Positions 54,541-64,000 of a DNA stretch of 64,000 bases are shown one piece after another. The position numbers were made by a program, and so were the translations under genes. The stretch is taken from the NCBI GenBank assembly GCA_038087875.1, contig CM075988.1:1736001-1800000 (forward strand), written 5' to 3'. Source of the DNA: Malacoraja senta (Eukaryota). The notes beneath the pieces are model-generated. The model searched no databases and was not told the DNA's origin. It saw only the letters and a program-made list of their open reading frames with translations. The stretch's first letter is position 1; each line of letters starts with the position of its first letter.

Positions 54541-54551
54541 TTTCAAGGAAT

Positions 54552-54785
54552 AGCCGTGAGTGAACTGCTAGCCCACCAGCCCTGAGTTACTGATCTGCCA
54601 GCCCACCAGCGCTGAGTGTCTGAGCTGCCAGCCCACCAACCCTGAGTGACTGAGCTGCCAGCCCACCAGCCCTGAGTGACTGAGCTGCCAGCCCACTGGC
54701 CCTGAGTGACTGAGCTGCCAGCCCACCAGGCCTGAGTGACTGACCGGTCAGCCTACCAGGCCTGAGTGACTGAGCTGCCAGCCCA
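54552..54785. repeat. 30-bp tandem repeat x ~7.5
   Basis: Unit GCCCACCAGCCCTGAGTGACTGAGCTGCCA; period 30. Confidence 0.96.
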
Positions 54786-54899
54786 AGAATCCATTCGGCC
54801 CACAACATCCATACTAGCCCTCTGGGAACCAGTCCCTTTGGCCCACAACACCCATACTAGCGCTCCATAAAGCCCCCCACCCCCCACCCCCCACCCCGT

Positions 54900-56226
54900 A
54901 CACATAAATATAAACAATACTGTAATAATAACAATAATAGTCTATGTAGTTCAGAACTTATTTGAGGTTGTAGTGTTTAACAGCTGAATGGCGGTAGGGA
55001 AGAAGCTGTTCCTGAACCTGGATGTTACAGGTTTCAGGCTCCTGAACCTTCTTCCCGATGGCAGAGGTGAAGTGAGTGCATGGCCAGGGTGGTGTGGGTC
55101 TCTGAAGATGCTGGCTGCCTTTTTGAGGCAGCAACTCCGGTAAATCACTTCGATGGTGGGGAGGTCAGAGCCAGTGATGGACTGGGCAGTGGTCACAACT
55201 TTTTGCAGTCTTCTCTGCTCCTGGGCATTCAAGTTGTTAAACTAACCTGTGATGCAACCAGTCAATATGCTCTCTACTGTACACCTGTAGAAGTTCAAGA
55301 GAATCCTCTCTGACATACCAAATCTCCGTAATCTTCTCAAGAAGTAGAGGCATTGAAGTGCTTTCTTTATAATTGTATCAGTGTGCTGGTTCCAGGAAAG
55401 ATCATTGGAAATATGCACGCCCAGGAATTTGAAGTTTTTGACTCCCCCAGTTGTATCCAGTTGATATAAACAGGGTTGTGGGTCGTCATCTTTCCTCTCA
55501 CAAAGTCCACTATCAGTTCATTGGTCTTACTGATATTGAGAGCCAGGTTGTTGTGCTGGCACCATTTGGTCAATCAATCGATCTCACTTCTACACTCTGA
55601 CTCATCACCATCTGTAATCAGTCGAACTTGAAGATGGAGGTCGCACTGTGTCCGGCTACACAGTCATGAGTATAGAGTGAGTAGAGCAGGGGGCTGAGCA
55701 TGCAGCCTTGAGGTGCTCCCGTACTGATTGATAGATATGCCTTTATTGTCATTCAGACCGAAGTCTGGACGAAATTGCAGCAGTCATACATATAATACAA
55801 TAAAAACAACAATAAACACATATTAACATCCACCACAGTGAGTCCACCCAGCATCTCCTCACTGTGATGGAGGCAAAAGTCTTAGGTCTGCAGTCTCTTC
55901 CCTCCTCTTCTCCCTCTGCGCTGAGGCGATACCCCCCGGGCGATGTTTCCCGCGGCTCAAACACCGCGGCCCGGGGTGGTCGAAGCTGCCGCCCACCAGT
56001 CCTGCAGACGCAGCTGCTGGCCCGCGGCCGAACCCCGGACTCAGGCCACCACCGCCAGAACACTGTCCCAGCCCCGTCCCAGTGAGTACCGTGCCGTCTT
56101 CAGCCTCGGGCTGGGCCGCCCCGACATAGGCGCCGAACCTCCCCCGGGCCGGGCCGCTCCGACATGGGCGTCGCTTGATGAGGAAGTCGAGGATCCAATT
56201 CCAGAGAGATGTGCAGAGACCCAGTT
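54900..56226 (-). mobile_element. Rex1/Babar LINE interrupted by a GC-rich non-autonomous retroposon (55735-56172)
   Basis: ELGLCTSLWNWILDFL; KWCQHNNLALNISKT; KKAASIFRDPHHPGH. Confidence 0.88.
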
Positions 56227-56227
56227 C

Positions 56228-56700
56228 TGTTGCCAGGGCAGTTCTGTTTGTGGATTTTAGGGAGAAGATAAAACCGGGCTGTGCAGTGCTGGGGAACGAT
56301 AAGGTTGGAGGCTTTTGAGAGCAGAGAGCCGGAAGTAATAAAATCAGAAATGGTGTGTGAAAGATCTGGTGCTCATCCGTGGGATCATGGTCCAACGATA
56401 GGTAGGAGGAGATGTCTGAGAGTTGTCACCTGGCCTCAGCCCAGTAGAGGTCAGCTCACCAGACTACCATGGAACCTCCCTTGTCGGCGGGTGTGATTAT
56501 AATGTTGGGGTTGCTGCAGAGTGAGCGGAGGGCTGTACGTTCAGAGGGGGAGAGGTTTGAGTAGGTAAGGGGAGTGAAAAGTTGAGACGGTTGATGTTAC
56601 GCCAGGAGTTAGAAATAAAAAGGTCTAAAGAGGGTAGAGCGTCGTCTGGGGGGAGGAGGAGGAGGAGGACTGGTGTGGGAGGGGGAGAGTTGTGGATATA
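56228..56700 (-). mobile_element. Penelope-like RT, 5' part
   Basis: On -: IVPQHCTARFYLLPKIHKQNCPG. Confidence 0.82.
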
Positions 56701-57250
56701 GCCCAATCTATCACACAGATCAGGCTCCCCACCATTAACTCCATCTCCACTTCACACTGCCTCAGGAAAACAGCAAACAGCAAGACTTTTCCCAACCTGG
56801 TCATTCCTTCTTCTCCCTGCTCCCTTTGTGAAATAGATACAGAAGCTTGAAAGAATGCACCACCAGACTCTTGCCCTCTCTTATCGGGCGTCTGAACATT
56901 CCTTCCATAACCAATTTTCCTCTGCCATATTGCAGACATTGGGATTTGTCCCTGGAACTATGACGAATGCTGAGAACTATATTCTGCACCCTGCATCTTT
57001 TCCTTCGCTCTACCTATTATACTTGAGTTTAGCTTGATTATATTTATGTGTTACATTTTCTGATGATTGGACAGCATGCAAAACATAATTTTTTGATGTT
57101 CCTCTGTGCGCATGACTGTAATAAACCTAAATCTGCTCAATTTCCCAACCAATGAAGGCATGTATACAATATGCTTCTTTACCACTGTCAACTTTAGTTG
57201 CCACTTTCATAGACTTAGATCCCTCTGTACATCCATGTTCTTGCTATGAA

Positions 57251-57564
57251 TGGCCCTGTCCCACGGTACGAGTTCATTCCAAGAGCTCTCGCAATTTTGC
57301 CCTGATTCGAATGGCTGCTCATCGGTACTCGGGGCTCTCGTGGACATTTTTCAACATGTTGAAAAATCTTCACGAGTCTTCCCGAGCTTACCTGCCGTTA
57401 GCGAGTCTTCCCGAGTACCTGCCGTTAGCGTTATGAGCCGCTAAGAGACATTCCCGAAATCCGACGTACCCGCTACGTTCATTCTCCGTGCTTACCATGA
57501 TTTTGATTTTTTTTTTAAACTCGGGAGAGCTCTTGGAATGAACTCGTACCATGGGACAGGGCCA
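57251..57564. mobile_element. PIF/Harbinger-type MITE (314 bp)
   Basis: 40-bp TIR TGGCCCTGTCCCA(C/T)GGTACGAGTTCATTCCAAGAGCTCTC; GAA/TAA flanks. Confidence 0.92.
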
Positions 57565-57946
57565 TAACATGTCTTACATTCGACCCTCCAAAGTGCAACA
57601 CTTGTTCAGTTTAAACTCCTTCTGCCATTTCTGTAGCTCATCCTTATCCCGCTGAGTACTTTGACATCCTTCCTTGCTGTCTGCAAATTCCACCAATTTT
57701 GGTGTCCTCTGCAAACTTACTAACCAATCCATCTACATTTACAACTTAGTCATCGGTATATATCGCAAACGGCAGAGGTCCCAGCATAGACCCCTGCGGA
57801 ACTCTGCTGATCAGAGACCTCCAACCAGTGTAACATTCTTCCACCACAAGGCTCTCTCTTCGATCGGTAAACCCGTTCTAATTCCAAATGACAACGTCAC
57901 CGTGGACCCCATACATTTTAATCTTCTGGATCAGCCTATCATAAAG

Positions 57947-58592
57947 GATTGGCCTTTATAAATCAGAGCATTGAGTATAGAAGTTGGGATGTAATGTTAA
58001 AATTGTACAAGGCACTGGTGAGGCCAATTCTGGAATATAGTGTACAATTCTGGTCACCAAATTATAGGAAAGATGTCCACAAAATAGAGAGAGTACAGAG
58101 GAGATTTACTAAAATGTTGCCTGGGTTTCAGCACCTAAGTTACAGAGAAAGGTTGAACAAGTTAGGTCTTTATTCTTTGGAGCGCAGAAGGTTAAGGGGG
58201 GACTTGATAGAGGTCTTTTAAATTATGAGAGGGATAGACAGAGTTGACGTTGACAGAGATAAGCTTTTTCCATTGAGAGTAGGGAAGATTCAAACAAGAG
58301 GACATGATTTGAGAATGAAGGGACAAAAGTTTAGGGGCAACATGAGGGGGAACTTCTTTACTCAGAGAGTGGTAGCTGTGTGGAATGAGCTTCCAGTGGA
58401 AGTGGTGAAGGCAGGTTCGTTTTTATCATTTAAAAATAAATTGGATAGGTATATGGATGGGAAAGGAATGGAGGGTTATGGTCTGAGTGCAGGTAGATGG
58501 GACTAGGTGAGAGTAAGTGTTCGGCACAGACTAGAAGGGCTGAGATGGCCTGTTTCCATGCTGTAATTGTTATATGGTTATATGGTTATATG
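57947..58592 (+). mobile_element. CR1 3' end with (TATGGTTA)n tail, nested in an older - strand CR1 (~57140-58750)
   Basis: AFINQSIEYRSWDV...LVRPILEYSVQFWSP...GRWD*. Confidence 0.92.
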
Positions 58593-58789
58593 GACTTTAT
58601 CAAATGACTTACTAAATCCATGTAAATAACACTGACTGCCGTTAAGATCAGTGATCACCATCACCTACTCTTAAAAAACAATCACGTTTGTGAGACATGA
58701 CCTGCTGAGTACAAAGCCATGCTGATATAATCTCTAATTACCCATTTTCTACCAAATGAGAGTAATCCTATCCAATTTACAACCCCTTT

Positions 58790-59475
58790 GGTTGCAAGGT
58801 TCACTTACCTTGTCATCCTTATCGTTCCCCACACACTGGAACATGCAGTCCTTATCACTGATCAGCTAGCCTTCATACAACTTAACATGATAGCTTACAT
58901 TCTGCTTGGGAAGTTTACAACTCGATTTGTGTAAACATAGAATTCTCCAATTTCAGGTAATGTTCCCCCTTCCTGCTCTCTTTTCTCTGTGCGACCCCTC
59001 CCCCCCCGCCCCCACCACTTCCCCACCTCCATGTGCACCTCTTTCTCCAACCTCCTAGTCACCATGCTCCTTACCCTGCCTTCCTACACTTATGGATGCC
59101 AGAGTCCGCCATTTCCCTATTATATGCCTTTTTTCCCCTTCCACCAATAGAACTCCAGCTTTCACTCCTCCTCCTCTCTCCTTATCCAACACCCTTTGTC
59201 TACTTTTCATCTCTAGCCTTTGTCACTTACTCCACCCATCTTGCCAGTCAATACCTCCCCTCACCTGTATTCACCTTTCAATTGCCAAGCTTTGCCTCAC
59301 CTCCACCATTCTTTTCTAGCTTTCTATCCCTCATTACAATTAGTCTGAAGAAGGGTCCTGGCATAAGACTTTGTCTGTCCATGTCCTCCACAGATGCTGC
59401 CTGACCCACCGAGTTCCACCAGCACATTGTGTTTTGCTTAAGACCTGAGCAAGTTCAAACACCTGCAGTTCCGTG
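58790..59475 (+). mobile_element. Old PLE 3' end with degenerate hammerhead
   Basis: Pyrimidine-rich 3'UTR; CTGAAGAAGGGTCC at 59345; pLTR ccacagatgctgcctgacc. Confidence 0.7.
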
Positions 59476-59564
59476 TCTTCCTCATGTCAGATGTGAACTT
59501 CAACAATATAAAGTATATCATATCAAACAATTATCCCTCATTAATCAATCACGTTATATCTAAT

Positions 59565-60187
59565 TTGCATTATGATATACCACCCTTAGGAGAGATAGAG
59601 CATGTTAGATGTTTGCCACCAAAGTGGAAGGAAGTGGAAGCTGTAATAAGGCGTGCAAAGGCTTCTTTGGCTCCAGGGCCGAATGGAGTTTATTATATAT
59701 AAAAGTACACCTGATGTGCTTAGATTCTTGTGGAGGCTCTTGCGTATAGTTTGGGAGAAGCAGGTCATACCAAGGGTTTGGCGTAGAGCAGGGAGAATTT
59801 TCATTCCCAAGGAAAAAGAGTTTTCAAAGTTAAGTCAGTTTAGGCCTACATGTCTCCAAATGTAAAAGGGAAGATTTTCTATAGCATAGTAGCACAGAGG
59901 CTGACATGTTATTTAGAAAGGAACAGGTTAATACATACCACAATGCAGAAAGTAGGAATCCCAGGTTTCACAGGTTGCGTAGAACGCATTAGTGTAATAT
60001 GGCACCAGATTCAGGCAGCCAAGCTCAAGAAGAGATTTGCATGTGGTGTTTTTGGACCTGGCAAATGCATTTGGATCTGTGCGACATTGTCTTATTTGGA
60101 GAGTTTTTAATTTCTTTAGAGTTCTAGGATCGATAGTAAATTTAGTGAAAGCATATTTCCAAGAGGTCCAAATATGTTTTAGTACAG
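59565..60187 (+). mobile_element. R2-group (Hero-like) non-LTR retrotransposon RT fragment
   Basis: PPKWKEVEAVIRRAKASLAPGPNGV, WRRAGRIFIPKEK, QFRP, QKVGIPGFTGC, LHVVFLDLANAFGSV; frameshifted. Confidence 0.8.
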
Positions 60188-61027
60188 TTCAAATTCAAGT
60201 TCAAGTTCACATTTATTGCCAAATGCACTAATTGAGGTACAGTGGAATTTGATTTACCATGCAGCCACACAATCAAAGTAGCACAAAACACAATAGAATA
60301 TAACATGAACATCCACCACAGTGGAATCAACATTCTTCACTGTGATGGAAGGCAATAATGTTCAGTCAGTCCTCCTCCTTTGTTCACCCGTGGTCGGGGC
60401 CTTGAACCCTCCATAGTCACCACTACGGGCGGCCCGATATACAGACCCTCTTGTCGGGATGCTCGAAACTCCGACATCGGGACGGACGGACACTCCATGG
60501 CTTGGAGGTCCTGAATCGGCCGCTTCCTACCGGAGACTGCGGCGTCACGATGTTATAGGCCGCAGGCCGGTGGTCGGAGCTCTTCTCCGGTGATCCCCAG
60601 TGAGCGATCCCAGATGGTAAGTCCACGCCACGCCTGTGGCTAGAAGCTCCGCAGACCACAGCCCCATGATACCAAAGTCACCAGGCCAGCGATCGGAGCA
60701 CTCCTCTCTGGCGACCCTCAGCAAGGGTTCGCCCTGCTCCGCGATGAAAAAGTCCACGCTGCGCCTGCTGCTGAAGCTTCGGGCCCGACTCCGGGAAAGG
60801 CTGCTTCAATCCAAGCTGCTAGGCCGTGAGAGGGGAGGCGGAGAAGCGACATGGAAAAAGTCGCCTCTCTGTTGAGGAAGCGACTAAAGAACGGTTTCCC
60901 CCTTTCCCCCCCCCACATAAGACACACCGAGAGACACTAAAACAAACATTTGGACTACTAAAAAAAAAAAAAAAGTCTAATAACCAACACGCTGCTGGCA
61001 AGGCAGCCGACTTGCAACGCCCCCAAC
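60187..61027 (-). mobile_element. GC-rich non-autonomous retroposon with (CTTGAA)n tail
   Basis: On -: AATAAA followed by (CTTGAA)n; shares a hairpin block with 55735-56172; no TE protein motifs. Confidence 0.6.
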
Positions 61028-61429
61028 CGACCAAGACTTTACGACAGAAAATGGACAATAGGTGCAGGAGTAGGCCATTCGGCCCTTCCAGCCAGCACCG
61101 CCATTCACTGTGATCATGGCTGATCATCCACAATCAGTACCCCGTTCCTGCCTTCTCCCCATAGCATGGCAGAGACAAGAGATGTGGGGGGGAGAAGGTG
61201 GGGTTGTTGTTATTCTGGTATGCCAGAACCAACTGTAGAGCCTTCCCGAGGTGTCGTGGACCAAACTCATCGAAGGGAGGTGCCCACTTTGCATATGGAG
61301 TAATTTATTGTAAGTTGGTATATTTATTTAGATAGTTACATAATACTTTGTCTTTGGACTTGGTTTTCTTGATTGAGCGCTTATCCCGGAGTTATACAAG
61401 TACTTTGTGTTTTAATTGTAAAAACAATA

Positions 61430-63950
61430 ATTATATATACACACATACTCACACAAAAAACAAACAATAATAGTGCAATAATAGTTTGTGTAGTTCAGAG
61501 CTTTTTTGAAGTTGTTGTGGTTAATAACCGAATGGCTGCAGGGAAGAAGCTGTTCCTGTACCTGGATATTACATTTTTCAGGCTCCTGTATCTTCTTCCC
61601 GATGGCAGGGGTAAAATGACTGTGTGGCCAGGATGGTGTGGGCCTCTGATGACGCTGGCTGTCTTTTTGAGGCAGCAACTCCTGTAAATCCCTTCGATGG
61701 TGGGGAGGTCAAAGCTGGTGATGGACTGGGCAGTGTTCACAACTTTTTGCAGTCTTCCCCGCTCCCGGGCATTCAAGTTGCCGAACCAGACCACGATGCA
61801 ACCAGTCAGTATGCTCTCTACTGTGCACCTGTAGACGTTCAAGAGAATCCTCTCTGACATATCAAAGCTCCGTAATCTGCTCAGGAAGTAGAGGCACTGA
61901 TATGCTTTCTTTATAATTGCACCAGGAAATTGCACCAGGAAAGATCTTTGGAAATATGCACGCCCAGGAATTTGAAGTTTTTGACGCTCTCCACCATCGT
62001 TCTATTGATATAAACAGGATTGTGGGTCCACATCCTTCCTCTTCCAAAGATCACCACAGTCAGTTCATTGGTCTTACTGACATTGAGAGCCAGATTGTTG
62101 TGCTGGCACCATATGGTCAATTGATCAATCTCAATTCTATACTCATCACCCTCTGTAATTCGTCCAACAACAATGGTGTCGTCGGCGAATTTGAAGATCG
62201 GGTTCGCACTGTGTCCGGCTGTATAATTGTGAGTATAGAGTGAGTAGAACAGGGGCTGAGCACACAGCCTTGAGGTGCTCCCGTACTGATTGTTACTGAG
62301 GAAGAAGTGTTTCTGCCAATTTGAACAGACTATGGTCTGTTGCTAAGGATCCAGTTGCAGAGAGATGCGCAGAGACACGGTTTTGTGAGTTTGGTAACTA
62401 CCGTATTTCCCGACAATGAAGACGCACTTGCGTCGAAGACGCGCCCCCATTTTGAGTTGCTAAATTTTGAAAAAAGGCTGGCGGGACATAGAATTTCTCA
62501 CGCTCAAAAAATAAAATAAAGAAAGAAAGTAACAATTCAATTTGCCCAAGGCTTCCAGATCTCCTCCATTCTGAATGACTGAATGGGTGGGTGGGGGGGG
62601 GGGGGGGGGGGGAGGGTGACGGCAGGTGGAGAGTTGGTGGGAAAAACGGGAGCACACCAGGACAAGGTTAATCAGTTGTGATTGAATGACAATACTAGTT
62701 CAAGGGACCAATTTACCTCTGGCAGTGCTCTCCATCTGAACACCTCTCTCATGTCAGCTGCTTGCCGCAAATCCTTAAATTCCGACTGTCAGGACATGGC
62801 CTCACTTGCTGCGCTGGGTGACACTGCATGGCATTCACTGCCCAGTCCGTGTCTTTCAATGTAGACCGGGCAGTGAATGCTCAAGAGAAAAGATCATAGA
62901 GCGGGTCAGCGGGTGATGGATAACAGGACAGCGGGCGGTGGAACTTACTCCTGTGTCAGTGCGAGTAACTTCAATTGGTCCCTTGATTGCGCTGACACAG
63001 GAGTAAGCTCCACCGCCCGCTGTCCTGTTATCCATCGCCCGCTGACCCGCTCCGCTCTATGATCTTTGCCCTTGTGCTGGTCCCCCCACTGTCCGGTCCC
63101 GGCGGCCGCTCGCAGCCACCCGAGCTACTTCGCTCCCCGGCCACAATGCCATGGCTCCGCGCCCGGAGCGCCGCGGCAGCGGTGAGTGAGTGAGTTGTTG
63201 GCATGAACCCCGACCCCCTCCTTCTCAACGCTCCTACCGGTGCTGGCCGGGGCCAGACTCCCCACATGCTGTGAAAGGAACTCTGCCCCCCAACCCCCCC
63301 CAGCAGCACTTTCCTTTTACAGCCGCTTCCCATCAGCTGCCAGCAATGAGGGATAGACTTGGCTATCCCTCAGTACAGCAACATCGTTCTTGATGTTACT
63401 GTACTGAGGGATAGCCAAGTCTATCTTTCTTGACTAACAATCTAACCTTCGGCCTCCAAGACGCAGGTAAATATTCGTGCCTTATTTTGGGTAAAAAATA
63501 GTGTCTTCATTGCCGGGAAATACGGTAGTTTGGTGGGGATGATGGTATTAAACGCCGAGCTGTAGTCTATAAACAACAGCCTGACGTAAGTGTTTTTATT
63601 GTCCAAGTGGTCCAATGCGGAGTGGAAAGCCAGTGAGATCGCCACCTCCGTTGACCTGTTGTGGCGGTAGGCGGTAGTGGGTTGAGATTTTTGTTGAGGT
63701 AGGAGTTGATATGCGCCATAACCAACCTCTCAAAGCACTTCATCACCATGGGCATTAGTGCCCCCGATCGCTAGTCGTTGAGACATGTCAACTTACTCTT
63801 CTTAAAGCAGGTGGGAACCTCAGACCTCAGTAATGATAGGTTGAAAATGTCCGCAAAAACTCCAGGCAGTTGGTCTGCACAGGTTTTGAGTAGACGACAC
63901 CCCCTGAAGGATCTTCTAATGTCGGCCTTTGTAACTGTGAAGTTACTGGG
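61430..63950 (-). mobile_element. Rex1/Babar LINE split by a DNA transposon
   Basis: [63 protein letters not shown]. Confidence 0.92.
62401..63525. mobile_element. Non-autonomous Tc1/mariner-superfamily (Tc2-like) DNA transposon, 1125 bp
   Basis: TIR CCGTATTTCCCG(A/G)CAATGAAGAC at both ends; TA TSD (62399-62400, 63526-63527); host reading frame restored on removal. Confidence 0.9.
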
Positions 63951-64000
63951 AAGCTATAGAAGAAGTTACAAAACAATTATGACTTTTAAAAGGCATTTCG

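Larger units (their letters stand above)
53830..54900 (+). mobile_element. Non-autonomous element with internal minisatellites (Helitron-like)
   Basis: TATATAACTA..AAGTCTCATCTTG start, CCAAT-like/TATAAAA-containing segment, two tandem arrays. Termini not confirmed. Confidence 0.45.

Noticed and set aside
54247..54808. CRISPR array or repeat protein (GLAAQSLR ORF)
   Set aside because: Spacer-less tandem arrays; the ORF is a by-product of the 30-bp period.
60400..60900. CpG-island promoter (also 52203-52728, 55900-56170, 63070-63260)
   Set aside because: CpG richness is confined to young transposable elements.

Overview
Repeat-dense vertebrate genomic DNA, most likely a cartilaginous fish (skate/ray). 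This is inferred from HE1-type V-SINEs, HER1/CR1 LINEs and Penelope-like elements, not from a database search. Host genes: one internal exon of NFRKB on + (675-781) and the complete five-exon CDS of TMEM45B on - (31711 to 23432; 819 nt, 272 aa, all GT-AG with consistent phases), tail-to-tail as in human. A 200-N gap (3950-4149) follows the NFRKB exon, and I could not find the downstream NFRKB exons. Most of the rest is mobile DNA, often nested: two young CR1 copies in inverted orientation (one near full length), L2, Rex1/Babar, a Hero fragment, Penelope-like elements (PLEs), Harbinger MITEs, a Tc2-like element and probable Helitron pieces. Most notable: (1) about ten copies of a minimal hammerhead-ribozyme motif in the PLE terminal repeat, which also occurs as ~90-160 bp TSD-flanked mini-elements and as fold-back palindromes centred near the predicted cleavage site; (2) minisatellites abutting two TMEM45B splice acceptors, one reiterating the likely branch point 12 times; (3) a MITE at the centre of an inverted duplication of its flank. 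TE boundaries are approximate unless TIRs/TSDs are given. Family names come from motif recognition.
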